Shown: positions 25,962 through 36,660, counted from the first letter of the stretch. The stretch: 64,000 nucleotides of DNA from Spirosomataceae bacterium (GCA_965248855.1 CBDFKQ010000004.1:243342-307341), one strand, 5' to 3'. A program made the numbers and translations. Notes: generated by a model not told the origin, from the letters alone.

Positions 25962-26643
25962 AGAAGTTGGAGATTTACCCGAAATGAATATTGACGAAAT
26001 GGGTGACGAACATTTTTCCACATCTATTGAAACTCCTTTGCGAAATGATGCATTTGAAATGAGTGATGAACTTAAAATAGAGTTAATTGAAGAGCATTTT
26101 CACGAAATTATGCAAATTTTAGGATTAGATTTAACAGACGACAGCCTGAAGGGCACGCCACACAGAGTTGCAAAAATGTATGTAAAAGAAATTTTTACCG
26201 GTTTAAACCCCGCCAACAAACCTAAAATTGCGCTTTTTGAAAATAAATATAATTATAACGAAATGCTAGTTGAGAAAGACATCACGTTTTTCTCTAATTG
26301 CGAACATCATTTCGTGCCTATTATCGGAAAAGCTCATTTGGCATATTTTTCTAATGGAAAAGTAATTGGTTTATCAAAACTTAACCGCGTAGTCCAATAT
26401 TTTGCGAAACGCCCTCAAGTTCAAGAGAGATTAACTGTTCAAATTGCCAATGAACTGAAAAAAATATTAGATACCGATGATATTGCAGTACTAATTGAAG
26501 CCAAACATTTATGCGTTTCTTCACGTGGAGTGCAGGACATAAATTCAGGAACTGTTACCGCTCATTATAGTGGAAAATTTAAAAATGATGAGGTTAAAAG
26601 TGAATTTTTAAAATATGTTTCACTCAAAACCATTGAATATTGA
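25921..26643 (+). CDS. folE: GTP cyclohydrolase I
   Basis: TPHRVAKMY, CEHHFVPI and RPQVQERLT. The start is uncertain (ATG 25921 or 25939) and overlaps the queD end. Confidence 0.9.
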   Translation: MKPKETMLNTPHIKEVGDLPEMNIDEMGDEHFSTSIETPLRNDAFEMSDELKIELIEEHFHEIMQILGLDLTDDSLKGTPHRVAKMYVKEIFTGLNPANKPKIALFENKYNYNEMLVEKDITFFSNCEHHFVPIIGKAHLAYFSNGKVIGLSKLNRVVQYFAKRPQVQERLTVQIANELKKILDTDDIAVLIEAKHLCVSSRGVQDINSGTVTAHYSGKFKNDEVKSEFLKYVSLKTIEY

Positions 26644-26674
26644 TATCTATATTTTATTATTGAATATAATTTTG

Positions 26675-26699
26675 GCCTGTTTAATATAACAGGCTTTTT
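26675..26699 (+). terminator. Rho-independent terminator after folE
   Basis: gcctgtt / aacaggc hairpin followed by a T5 run. Confidence 0.65.
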
Positions 26700-26732
26700 G
26701 ATTTCTTTTAAATTTTAAATATAATTTTTGTG

Positions 26733-28322
26733 ATGATGTTAAGAAATATTTTTAAAGTTGGTTTTCTATTAATGCCAATAATAGGTTTTGCACAGTTAAA
26801 AGCTCCTGAAAATTGGTTCAACCTTGATTACAGTGAAAATAAAGTTCGAGGTGTAAGCACTGAAAAGGCATATGATTTTTTAAAAGGCAAAACTTCCAGA
26901 ACAGTAATTGTGGCCGTTATTGATGGTGGAGTTGATATAAATCACGAAGATTTAAAAGGTAAAATATGGGTAAATGAAAAAGAAATTGCAGGTAATGGTT
27001 TGGATGATGATAAAAATGGTTTTATAGATGATGTAAACGGTTGGAATTTTATTGGGGGTAAAGATGGAAAAAACGTTGGCCCAGATAATTTTGAATTAAC
27101 AAGAGAAATGAGCAGGATTTCTAAAAAATTTGAAGGAATAAGTGCGGAAAAAATTAAAATGTTAAAAGGAAAAGATAAAGAGGAATATGAGAGCTTATCT
27201 AAAATAAAAGGAGAATTCGAAAAGAAAAAAACTGAATATGAAGGTAATTTAAATAATATTAAACAATTTCATGAAATGTATAAATCTTCCGCCTTGGTGC
27301 TAAAAGGATATTTAAAAAAAGATTCTATTACAAAAGCCATGGTGGATACTATTTCATCAAATGATGCACTTGTTTCTACCTCAAAACGCTTAATGCTTTA
27401 TGCATATGAAATTAATTTTTCTGAACCGGATATTGCAGAATATGAAAAAAGTATTAGTGAAAGGTTGGAATTCGGTTTAAATCCTGATTTTGATACCCGA
27501 AAGATCGTCGGTGATCATTACAATGATTTAAAAGAAAAAGGATATGGTAATACTGATGTTAAAGGCCCCGATGCAAGCCATGGAACTCATGTAGCCGGAA
27601 TTATTGCAGCAGGTAGAAAAAATGGAATTGGTATGGATGGTGTTTGTGAAAATGTTAAAATTATGGCCGTAAGGTGTGTTCCTAATGGAGATGAACGCGA
27701 TAAGGATGTTGCAAATGCAATAAGATATGCTGTTGATAATGGTGCAATGATTATTAACATGAGCTTTGGAAAAGATTTCTCTCCAAACAGAGAATATGTT
27801 GAAGAAGCCATCAAATATGCAACTTCAAAAAATGTACTTTTAATTCATGCAGCAGGTAACGATCATAAAAATGTAGATTTAGAAAATAATTATCCTAACA
27901 ATAAAAGAGTTAAATCAAAAAGTTGGATTGAAATCGGAGCCTCAGCATGGGGTGATACAAGTAATTTCGTAGCCGATTTTTCAAATTATGGCAAAAAAAC
28001 GGTTAATCTCTTTGCGCCCGGTTTAGATATTTATTCTACAATGCCTGATAATAAATATAAAAATCAAAGTGGCACGAGTATGGCTTCGCCGGTTACAGCA
28101 GGGGTAGCGGCATTAATATGGTCTTACTTTCCAAATTTAAATGCGGTTCAATTAAAAGATGTTTTAATGAAATCCACCATTAAATATTCAGATATTAAAG
28201 TGAATAAACCCACGGAAGAAAAATCTGATGAAAAAATATCATTTGGTGAGCTTTCTGTTTCCGGGGGTATTGTCAATGCTTTAGAAGCTGCTAAATTGGC
28301 TTCAAAAATTCCAGCTAAATAA
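26733..28322 (+). CDS. S8-family (subtilisin-like) serine peptidase, secreted
   Basis: Signal peptide plus the catalytic triad motifs VAVIDGGVDINHEDL, HGTHVAGIIAA and SGTSMASPVTAG. Confidence 0.9.
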   Translation: MMLRNIFKVGFLLMPIIGFAQLKAPENWFNLDYSENKVRGVSTEKAYDFLKGKTSRTVIVAVIDGGVDINHEDLKGKIWVNEKEIAGNGLDDDKNGFIDDVNGWNFIGGKDGKNVGPDNFELTREMSRISKKFEGISAEKIKMLKGKDKEEYESLSKIKGEFEKKKTEYEGNLNNIKQFHEMYKSSALVLKGYLKKDSITKAMVDTISSNDALVSTSKRLMLYAYEINFSEPDIAEYEKSISERLEFGLNPDFDTRKIVGDHYNDLKEKGYGNTDVKGPDASHGTHVAGIIAAGRKNGIGMDGVCENVKIMAVRCVPNGDERDKDVANAIRYAVDNGAMIINMSFGKDFSPNREYVEEAIKYATSKNVLLIHAAGNDHKNVDLENNYPNNKRVKSKSWIEIGASAWGDTSNFVADFSNYGKKTVNLFAPGLDIYSTMPDNKYKNQSGTSMASPVTAGVAALIWSYFPNLNAVQLKDVLMKSTIKYSDIKVNKPTEEKSDEKISFGELSVSGGIVNALEAAKLASKIPAK

Positions 28323-28407
28323 TGCTTGCTTAAAATAAAATATTATTTAACCTTTTCCGGATGAGTACTTTAAATTTTTTCGAGTTATATATTAAACGCA
28401 TATAATT

Positions 28408-29019
28408 ATGATGCTTGTAGAAAATTTTATTAATGGTTATTCTATCAGGTTTTCAAAAAATGTAAGGGATCAATTCACTGATGATGAATTCTATGAATTC
28501 TGTAGGATGAACAATTCACTCAAATTTGAAAGAGACCAAGAAGGAAATATTTTAATTATGGCACTTACCGGAGGTAAAACAGGAAAAAGAAACGGAGAAA
28601 TAATTGCGGATTTAATTATTTGGAACAGGAATTCAAAGGCAGGAAATGTTTTCGATTCCTCAACCGGTTTCAGACTTCCAAACACCTCGGTCCGTTCACC
28701 GGATGCTGCCTGGGTTAATAATGAAAAATGGACTACATTGAGTGAAACGGAAAAAGAAAAATTTCCTCCTTTATGCCCCGAGTTTATAATTGAATTAATG
28801 TCAGCAACGGATGAAATAACACATGCATTTGTTAAAATGAACGAATACATGGAAAATGGTTGTGAATTGGCATGGCTCATTTATCCTGCCGAGAAAAAAA
28901 CTTTTATCTACCGCAAAGGCGAAAATCAGGAAATTATTGAAGGCTTCGATAAAAAACTTTCAGGTGAAAATGTTTTAAAAGGGTTTGAACTTGATTTGAA
29001 GAGGATTGGGTTGGAGTGA
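28408..29019 (+). CDS. Uma2-family (DUF820) endonuclease
   Basis: PD-(D/E)xK-like motifs SPDAAWV and PEFIIELMS, with the typical ~200-aa size. Confidence 0.75.
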   Translation: MMLVENFINGYSIRFSKNVRDQFTDDEFYEFCRMNNSLKFERDQEGNILIMALTGGKTGKRNGEIIADLIIWNRNSKAGNVFDSSTGFRLPNTSVRSPDAAWVNNEKWTTLSETEKEKFPPLCPEFIIELMSATDEITHAFVKMNEYMENGCELAWLIYPAEKKTFIYRKGENQEIIEGFDKKLSGENVLKGFELDLKRIGLE

Positions 29020-29045
29020 TGGTGAATTAAAATTGATTTAATAAA

Positions 29046-29081
29046 AAAAGGTATCCAATTAAAATTTGGATACCTTTTTTT
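29046..29081 (+). terminator. Rho-independent terminator
   Basis: ggtatccaa / ttggatacc hairpin followed by a T7 run. Confidence 0.7.
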
Positions 29082-29217
29082 ATTTTTATGAGATTTTTTT
29101 AGCAAAACCTTTAAGAAATTTTTTTAAGTTACCATTAACTAAAATTATATTTATAATCCTTTTACAACTACGCTTTTTTTCAAAAATAATTCAACAATAT
29201 TTATTTAATTTTACCAA

Positions 29218-29430
29218 ATGAAAACAATAAGAATTAATATAATTAACCCAAAAGCTTCTAAGCTGTTAAAAGGCATGGAAGAATTAAATCTTATTACTAT
29301 TCAGAATACATCTAAAAATGGTTTTATGAATGTTTTAAAGAAATTACGTTCTAAATCTCAATCTGTTCCAACGATCGATGAGATAACCAAAGAAGTCGAA
29401 ATAGTAAGAAGTAGGCGATATGCCAAATAA
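29218..29430 (+). CDS. putative antitoxin of the PIN toxin
   Basis: 70-aa ORF overlapping the downstream PIN gene by 11 nt. Confidence 0.5.
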   Translation: MKTIRINIINPKASKLLKGMEELNLITIQNTSKNGFMNVLKKLRSKSQSVPTIDEITKEVEIVRSRRYAK

Positions 29431-29842
29431 TGTAAGAAGGATTGTAATTGACACCAATCTTTGGATCAGCTTTCTTATTACAAAAGATTTAGATAAACTT
29501 GATGAACTAATTTTCTCAAGAAAGGCGGTTTTAGTTTTTAGTCAAGAATTGCTTTGTGAATTTTTAGAAGTTGCAAGGCGACCGAAATTTAGAAGGTTTT
29601 TTCCTATCTCAGATATTGAACAAATACTTGAAACTATAGATGAATTTGCGGACTTTGTAAATGTACAAAGTAAAGTTGAAGTTTGCAGGGATCCAAAAGA
29701 TAATTTTCTTCTGTCATTATCAATTGAAGGCAATGTTGATTTTTTATTAACAGGAGATAAAGACTTATTAGATCTAATCAAATTTGGAAAAACCTCGATT
29801 ATTACTATCAGTGACTTTCTTAATCTAGGTCCTTTATTATAA
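29420..29842 (+). CDS. PIN-domain toxin (toxin-antitoxin system toxin component, PIN family)
   Basis: IVIDTNLWISFL (first acidic motif) and LLTGDKDLL (C-terminal acidic motif). 140 aa. Confidence 0.8.
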   Translation: MPNNVRRIVIDTNLWISFLITKDLDKLDELIFSRKAVLVFSQELLCEFLEVARRPKFRRFFPISDIEQILETIDEFADFVNVQSKVEVCRDPKDNFLLSLSIEGNVDFLLTGDKDLLDLIKFGKTSIITISDFLNLGPLL

Positions 29843-29943
29843 TATGAAAACCAAAAACATTAAAAGGTTACGAAAATTTTAAAATTGACTCGTTAATTCA
29901 CCATACCCTCATTGAAATGGGAATGACAAAGGAAGAACATATT

Positions 29944-29978
29944 TTATGATTATAACGATATTGATAAATCAATATTCA
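29944..29978. repeat. dispersed AT-rich intergenic repeat, copy D (reverse orientation)
   Basis: The reverse complement, tgaatattgatttatcaatatcgttataatcataa, shares gatttatcaatatcg plus tcataa with copies A-C. Confidence 0.45.
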
Positions 29979-30523
29979 GAAAGTGATTTTTTTATTTTAA
30001 ATTTATTCTTTAAAAAAAACTTCCTTAATTCAGGAAATCGCATGTTATCAAAGTCAAGCATATAAGGTGAATCGGGATTGAATTCCGTTTTTTCACACTC
30101 AAAACAAACATTTATAAAACCAATGGGTCTCTTTTTTAAATAAAATACGATTGCATCTCTATAAATGTAAATACAATCTGTAGTAATTTCCGTATCTCCT
30201 TTAGTTGGTTTCAAAATACCAATCAAATCTTTTTTTTGACTATCATTTAAATTTCTTGAATAATATTTTTTATGAAGAGGATTGCCTAAACTATCTAAAA
30301 AAGTTAATCCTGCTGATTTTTTAGATTGAACCATAAGTTTTGAAGAAATTAAATATTGATAATCTCCATTAAAAAAAGCACTATCAAAACTTAATATTTT
30401 AATTCCATCGTACTCAAGTCTAGGGAATGGTTTCTCTAAATTAACTTTATTGAGAGAAACAATATATTCTTTAGTGGTAGCCTTATTATTTTTTTCTTCA
30501 CAAGAAAAAATAAAAAAGATCAT
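29969..30523 (-). CDS. hypothetical protein, possible lipoprotein
   Basis: 184-aa ORF with a very short N-terminal hydrophobic stretch ending in Cys (MIFFIFSC). The upstream frame is closed by a stop, so the signal peptide may be truncated. Confidence 0.4.
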   Translation of the reverse strand: MIFFIFSCEEKNNKATTKEYIVSLNKVNLEKPFPRLEYDGIKILSFDSAFFNGDYQYLISSKLMVQSKKSAGLTFLDSLGNPLHKKYYSRNLNDSQKKDLIGILKPTKGDTEITTDCIYIYRDAIVFYLKKRPIGFINVCFECEKTEFNPDSPYMLDFDNMRFPELRKFFLKNKFKIKKSLSEY

Positions 30524-30631
30524 TGCAATAAAAAAAGATATCTAATATAATTTTTTTAAAAATAATTTGTATTAAATCATTGTAAGATATCATAAATAAT
30601 TAAATTGGCAGAAACCAATAAATCTATAATT

Positions 30632-32953
30632 ATGAAATCAGGCAATTTAGTAAATATCAAAATATTTGCATTGGTTATTTTAATATTCTCATCTTATTTA
30701 AATTCATTTTGCCAAACAGATCCTTGGCAGGCACAATGGATTGGCTTAGAACATTCTCCAAAAGATACCAACATCTGGACCTGCTACCGCAAAGAAATTT
30801 CATTGGGCGTTTTACCTGCAACAGCGTATATTAAAATAGCAACTGACAGTAAATATTGGCTATATATTAATAATAAACTTGTTATCAGAGAAGGGCAATT
30901 AAAACGCGGTCCTGATCCAAAAAGCACATACTACGATGAATTAAATGTCTCAAAATATCTTACAAAAGGAAAAAATATTATTGCAGTTTTAACTTGGTAT
31001 TGGGGTAAAAACGGATTTTCTCATAATAATAGTGGAAAATCAGCATTAATTTTCGAATCAGGTGATATGAATGTAGTAAGTAATAATACCTGGAAAGTGT
31101 CGAGGCATCCTGCTTATTACAATGTTGAAGCACCTTCACCCAATTTTCGTTTAGCCGAAACAAATGTAGGTTTTGATGCTCAAAAAGATATTAACTGGTT
31201 GGCTGTTAATTTTTCTGCGGAAAATTGGAAGGATGCAACAGAATTTGGCCAGCCTCCTGTAAACCCTTGGGGTGATTTGCTAAAAAGGCCAATTCCTTTT
31301 TTTAAAGAAAGTAATTTACTTTCTTATTTCAACAGTGCACAAATTCCAAAAATTTCTACCGGTGATACAATAAAATGCAAATTGCCTTATAACGCACAGG
31401 TTTTACCCTATTTTAAAATTAATGCTCCTGCAGGATTAAAAATTCAGATCATGACTGATAATTATTTCGTAGCAGGTAATAAAAGTTTTGTTTCGGTAAG
31501 AACTGATTACATCACAAAACAAGGCGTTCAGGAATTTACTTGTCCAAATTGGATGAATGGCCATCAGGTTTATTATATTATTCCAAAAGGTGTTGAATTA
31601 AGCTTGATAAGATATTACGAAACAGGTTATGCAACAGAATTAAACGGAAAATTTACTTGCAACGATGAATTTTATAATAAACTTTGGCAAAAAGCACAAC
31701 GGACTTTATATCTGGGGATGCGTGATAATTATATGGATTGCCCGGATAGAGAAAGGGCTTTATGGTGGGGTGATGCTGCATTACAATTTCATGAAGCATT
31801 TTATGCTTTGGATACAAATGCCACTTATTTAACTAAAAAATCCATTTTAAATTTATTAGACTGGCAAAAAGCAAATGGCGTTTTATTTTCTCCTGTACCT
31901 TCCGGTGCTTGGGATAAAGAACTACCACAACAAATGCTGGCAAGCATTTATTCATTATGGAATTATTATTTATACAGCGGAGATATAAAAACAATTCAAT
32001 ATGCCTATCCTAAAGTAAAAAAATACCTTGATTTGTGGAAAACAGGTTCCGATGGATTGATAATTCATCGGAAAGGAGATTGGGACTGGGCTGATTGGGG
32101 AGAAGAAATTGATATGCCCATCCTCGACAATGCATGGTATGTGATGGCCTTACAAACTGCAATTAACATGGCAAAAGTTTCTAAAGCTGATCCGGACGTG
32201 GCAGGTTACGAAAAGAAAATTGTTTCTGTAAAAAATAATTTTAATAAATCATTTTGGAATGGAACCGCTTATCACTCAAAAAACTATAAAGGTAAAAATG
32301 ATGACAGAGCAAATGCAATGTCAGTTTTATCAGGAATGGCAGATACGACAAAATTTGCCTCAATCAAAAAAGTTTTAAATACAGAAATGCACGCAAGCCC
32401 TTATATGGAAAAATTTGTATTGGAAAGTTTTTATTTAATGAACGACCCTGATGGAGCATTAAACAGAATGAAAACCCGATATGAAAAAATGGTAAAAAGT
32501 GAGCGAAGTACGCTTTGGGAACTGTGGGATCTTGATAAAAATTCAACCGATAACCACGGTTGGGCCGGTGGGCCATTAACTTTATTGAGTCAATACAATG
32601 CCGGTTTATCTCCTGAAAAACCGGGATACAATTCATTTAAATTAATTCCTCAAACAGGAAATTTAAATGAAATTCATACCATCACAAAAACGGTAAAAGG
32701 AACTATAACAATCGATATAAAACGAACAGATAATACATTTTCCATTGCTACACAAGCATTAGTACCCGGTATGATTGCTATTCCCAAATTAATTGGAACT
32801 AAACGGCTGGCCAATATTACTGTAAATGGTTTATCACTTTGGAAAATGGGAAAATTTAATTCGGGAAACCCGGGTAAAATTACTTTTCAGGAAAAAGAAA
32901 ATTTTTATTATTTCATGGCTCCCGGAGGAAAATGGAGCTTTGAGGCTTTTTAA
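30632..32953 (+). CDS. alpha-L-rhamnosidase-related (GH78-like) six-hairpin glycosidase, secreted
   Basis: Signal peptide. N-terminal AQWIG...YIKIATDSKYWLYINN (rhamnosidase N-domain pattern) and the catalytic-domain motif YMDCPDRERALWWGDA. Confidence 0.6.
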   Translation: MKSGNLVNIKIFALVILIFSSYLNSFCQTDPWQAQWIGLEHSPKDTNIWTCYRKEISLGVLPATAYIKIATDSKYWLYINNKLVIREGQLKRGPDPKSTYYDELNVSKYLTKGKNIIAVLTWYWGKNGFSHNNSGKSALIFESGDMNVVSNNTWKVSRHPAYYNVEAPSPNFRLAETNVGFDAQKDINWLAVNFSAENWKDATEFGQPPVNPWGDLLKRPIPFFKESNLLSYFNSAQIPKISTGDTIKCKLPYNAQVLPYFKINAPAGLKIQIMTDNYFVAGNKSFVSVRTDYITKQGVQEFTCPNWMNGHQVYYIIPKGVELSLIRYYETGYATELNGKFTCNDEFYNKLWQKAQRTLYLGMRDNYMDCPDRERALWWGDAALQFHEAFYALDTNATYLTKKSILNLLDWQKANGVLFSPVPSGAWDKELPQQMLASIYSLWNYYLYSGDIKTIQYAYPKVKKYLDLWKTGSDGLIIHRKGDWDWADWGEEIDMPILDNAWYVMALQTAINMAKVSKADPDVAGYEKKIVSVKNNFNKSFWNGTAYHSKNYKGKNDDRANAMSVLSGMADTTKFASIKKVLNTEMHASPYMEKFVLESFYLMNDPDGALNRMKTRYEKMVKSERSTLWELWDLDKNSTDNHGWAGGPLTLLSQYNAGLSPEKPGYNSFKLIPQTGNLNEIHTITKTVKGTITIDIKRTDNTFSIATQALVPGMIAIPKLIGTKRLANITVNGLSLWKMGKFNSGNPGKITFQEKENFYYFMAPGGKWSFEAF

Positions 32954-32989
32954 AAGTAGTGTTCAAATAATCAGCAAAAAGTTTATAAA

Positions 32990-33027
32990 GGCCATCTCTA
33001 AATTTAATTTTGGAGATGGCCTTTTTT
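32990..33027 (+). terminator. Rho-independent terminator
   Basis: ggccatctc / gagatggcc hairpin followed by a T6 run. Confidence 0.7.
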
Positions 33028-33096
33028 ATATTTAAATAAGAATTTATTTGAAATTACTATTTAGATTTGGCTGCAATTTATTATTATCCCCAGTTT

Positions 33097-35367
33097 ATGA
33101 TTTTTTTTCCATTAAGATTTGCCTCAATTTTTTTTATATGCTTTTATATTTTTTTTATAAATGTCGAAGCACAAACCCGCAAAGCAAAATATAAACTTCT
33201 TTGGAAGATTTCCGGAAATGGAATTACTAAACCATCCTATCTCTTTGGTACTATGCATTTAAAAGATAAAAGGGTTTTTGATTTTAGTGATTCCGTGCTC
33301 ACAAAAATTTCTGAATGTCAAACTTTTGCCTTAGAAATACATCCTGACACCTTATTTGAAACTATTTATCAAAAAAGTAATTTTAATAAGGTCAAAAAAA
33401 AGTATTCATCTAGTTATTATAAAAACAAATTATCAAAAGAAGAATATAAAAAACTTGATGATAAAATTAAATTCGAGACAGGGAATTCATTGGATAATAT
33501 TCCAAATCAATCTCCATCAATCATTAATTTTTTATTAAAGCAATCGTTTAAATCAAAGTCAGAAAAACATACTTTTTTGGATGCCTATTTATATTATTTG
33601 GCCAGAATTCAAGGTAAGCAGATATTAGGTATTGAAAAGGTAAATGAGCAAATTAACATTAATGATACCTCCAAAATCGAGAATCAAATCACCGAAATTA
33701 AATATAAGCTCGACAAAAATGATTCGGAAGATGAAATTCAAAAATTAATTTCTATTTATCAATCAGGTGATATAGAACGAATTTACAAGCAGGTTTTTCC
33801 AAATAACGACAGTTATTATTTAAAGGACTTAACTATCAGAAATATAACAATGGTAAGAAGGTTGGATAGTATAATAAAAAACCACTCTATTTTCTTTGCT
33901 GTTGGAGCTGCACATTTAGCCGGGGAAAAAGGTTTAATCCAATTATTGAAAAATAAAGGTTATACCTTAAGTGTTGTTGAATCTCCATTTACAAGTTTGG
34001 CTGAAAAATTTATAATTGACCCAACTAAAGACAAATGGAGAAAATTTACTCCACCTGCAGATTTGTATTCAGTTGATTTACCCGGCAAACCTTATGATAT
34101 GCATTTAAATATGTTTATAGCCAGCGGGATGTTTACCTACAATGACATTGGTACAGGAGTAAACTATTTTATGGTTGGCGTACCAAATGTAGTAGAATAT
34201 AAAAACGAAGTGGATCGTGAAAAAGCATTAAAAACATTTTTAAAAAATGCTGTTGAGAAGGAAAAGAATAAAGTATTAAATCAGAAAAAGATAATTTATG
34301 AAGGTAAGAATGGGTATGAAATTGAATTTTTCAATCCATTAAATAATGTATATTTTAAAATCAGATTACTTTTTAATGAAAATATTGAATTTTTATTAAT
34401 GGCAGGAGGTGAAGGTAAATATTTTTTAAACGATAAAGATATTGACCGATTTTTTACATCATTCAAAATTAATAATGTACTTCCTGATGAATGGAAATAT
34501 TTTTCAAATTCGAAAGGAGCTTTTTCCGTTAAGCTGCCGGGAAAAATTAAAACGGATTCTATAATAAATGACGAAATTAAAGTGTATACATATAGTGCTC
34601 AAAGTATAAAAGATGGCAAAGCCTATGCAGTTCTTTTTGGGGAATTCCCTTCAGGTAAATATCTTTCTAATGATAGTATTTATTTTAATAATATAATGCA
34701 GGGATCTATCGATAGAATAAATCTACAAATAAAAACTAAATCATATTCAGAAATAAATAATATTCCAACACTGGAATATTCAGGTTTAAATAAATCGATT
34801 ATTTATATTAGTAAAGTTTTATTGCGTGACAATAGACCATATATCCTGATAATGGCTACCTCTTTAAATGACTCTTTATCAAAAGAAAAAAAATTATTTT
34901 TTGATTCATTTTCATTTATCCCTTACTTAAAAACAGATAGAATTTCTTATTCTCCTCCTGATAAATCATTTACAATTAATTTCCCGGCAAATCCAATTAT
35001 TACAAAAGATTCCATAGAAAATGAAGGATTACTCACTACTGAATATGTAATAAATGATCCTTCAACAGGAATACCTTACCAACTAAATGTAAGTAAAGCT
35101 TCACCTTATTTATATTTTGTAAATTCTGATTCTCTCTTCAACAAAATGAAAAAGAATATATTAGAAAAGGGAGATTCTATAGTTTTTGAAAAGAAATCAG
35201 GATTGGGATCGGAGCAAGAAATTGAATGGGTGATTGAATCAAAAGGCGATCATATTTCAATAAGAAGAAAAGTATTAATAAAAAATGATCGTGTGTATGA
35301 ACAGATATCTTTCAACACTAAAAAGGATATATTTTCAAATGAAATAAATTCATATTTTAATTCTTAA
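33097..35367 (+). CDS. TraB/GumN-family protein with a long uncharacterised C-terminal extension
   Basis: LLWKISGNGITKPSYLFGTMHLKD and FFAVGAAHLAGEKGL define the TraB/GumN domain (first ~300 aa). The remaining ~450 aa have no recognisable motif. Confidence 0.6.
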   Translation: MIFFPLRFASIFFICFYIFFINVEAQTRKAKYKLLWKISGNGITKPSYLFGTMHLKDKRVFDFSDSVLTKISECQTFALEIHPDTLFETIYQKSNFNKVKKKYSSSYYKNKLSKEEYKKLDDKIKFETGNSLDNIPNQSPSIINFLLKQSFKSKSEKHTFLDAYLYYLARIQGKQILGIEKVNEQININDTSKIENQITEIKYKLDKNDSEDEIQKLISIYQSGDIERIYKQVFPNNDSYYLKDLTIRNITMVRRLDSIIKNHSIFFAVGAAHLAGEKGLIQLLKNKGYTLSVVESPFTSLAEKFIIDPTKDKWRKFTPPADLYSVDLPGKPYDMHLNMFIASGMFTYNDIGTGVNYFMVGVPNVVEYKNEVDREKALKTFLKNAVEKEKNKVLNQKKIIYEGKNGYEIEFFNPLNNVYFKIRLLFNENIEFLLMAGGEGKYFLNDKDIDRFFTSFKINNVLPDEWKYFSNSKGAFSVKLPGKIKTDSIINDEIKVYTYSAQSIKDGKAYAVLFGEFPSGKYLSNDSIYFNNIMQGSIDRINLQIKTKSYSEINNIPTLEYSGLNKSIIYISKVLLRDNRPYILIMATSLNDSLSKEKKLFFDSFSFIPYLKTDRISYSPPDKSFTINFPANPIITKDSIENEGLLTTEYVINDPSTGIPYQLNVSKASPYLYFVNSDSLFNKMKKNILEKGDSIVFEKKSGLGSEQEIEWVIESKGDHISIRRKVLIKNDRVYEQISFNTKKDIFSNEINSYFNS

Positions 35368-35419
35368 AAAAACTATAAACAAAGTAGACCTTTTTACCAA
35401 CAAAACAAAAGTTTTATTA

Positions 35420-36583
35420 TTGGATCTCACATCGACAGATACAACAATAAATAAAAAAGCACATGAGGCCTTATATTGGTATCCATTTGTAAAAAGTGAT
35501 ACTAAAATTTTAATAGAAACTTTAAATAAAAAATATGCAGATGATACAGCGCAATATGGTGGGTTAAGGCAACTGTTGTTTAATAATCTTGATAACCATG
35601 AAGACGTAGTTCCATTTATTGAAAAAATATATCCAACATTATCTGATAACAGTACTTTGCAAACAAGTGCACTGCGAGTGTTAATACGAATAGCTTCTAA
35701 AAAATCATTAAATAGTTTGGTTAATTTGCTTTTAAAACAACCACTTAAAGATTCAACAGAAGCATTTCATATATTTATAGATGATTCAATTACTAATTTA
35801 AAAGCTCTTTATCCTAAAATTTATGGATTACTTGATCAAAAAGTTCTTTCCTATTCAGTTTATCAAAATACTTTAAAAGCACTGGATAGTAATGTTATTT
35901 CAAAAAATGAATTATTACCAATTAAAGAAAGGCTTTTATCAGAAGCAAATACCTATTTATCGCATAATAAAAATAATAAAGAGGATGATGGTGAAGGATC
36001 CGGTAACTTATCAATAATATTAAGTTTATTGTCATATTTCCCTGAAGATAAAAATTGTGAAAAAGTCATTAAGTCCGCACTTGATTTTAAAGACAATTAT
36101 ATAAAATGGCACGTAATGAAAATTTTTATAAAAAGTGGGAAAACCGTTGAAAGTAAATATTTTAATCTAGTCGCTGCTGATAAATCTTATTTGATAGAAA
36201 TGTATACATGGTTAAAAGAAAATAAAAAACTTTCACTTTTTCCTAAATCATTTCTTAATCAACAATTGTTTGCTGAAAGTGCTCTTTATACATCACTGAA
36301 TGAAGATTTTGATTCGAAATATAATTTTCAGTTTAAATTGATTGAAAAAAGAATCGTTACTTACAAGGAAAAAAAAGGTATCGTTTACTTATTTAAATTC
36401 GAACAGGCTAATGAAGATGGGAAGCTTGAATGGTATACAGGTATGAGCGGTTTATATCCTATTGATAAAAACGAAATGGAAAGTGATTGGAATTTAACAT
36501 ATTCAAAGTTTGAAACATTAAAATCTAAAAATATTAATGAACATTTTACAAATTATTTATCAGATAAAGAGGATATAAAATAA
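35420..36583 (+). CDS. hypothetical protein (helical-repeat-like)
   Basis: 387-aa ORF with a TTG start on the same strand as the TraB/GumN gene. No motif recognised. Confidence 0.35.
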   Translation: MDLTSTDTTINKKAHEALYWYPFVKSDTKILIETLNKKYADDTAQYGGLRQLLFNNLDNHEDVVPFIEKIYPTLSDNSTLQTSALRVLIRIASKKSLNSLVNLLLKQPLKDSTEAFHIFIDDSITNLKALYPKIYGLLDQKVLSYSVYQNTLKALDSNVISKNELLPIKERLLSEANTYLSHNKNNKEDDGEGSGNLSIILSLLSYFPEDKNCEKVIKSALDFKDNYIKWHVMKIFIKSGKTVESKYFNLVAADKSYLIEMYTWLKENKKLSLFPKSFLNQQLFAESALYTSLNEDFDSKYNFQFKLIEKRIVTYKEKKGIVYLFKFEQANEDGKLEWYTGMSGLYPIDKNEMESDWNLTYSKFETLKSKNINEHFTNYLSDKEDIK

Positions 36584-36610
36584 TTTGAGTTAATGAAAAA
36601 TAAAAATTAT

Positions 36611-36660
36611 TATAGGAAAGATAACTTTTGTTTAATGCAACAAAGGTTATCTTTCCTATA
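36611..36660. terminator. bidirectional terminator hairpin
   Basis: tataggaaagataacttttg / caaaggttatctttcctata, a ~19-bp stem between convergent genes. Confidence 0.7.
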
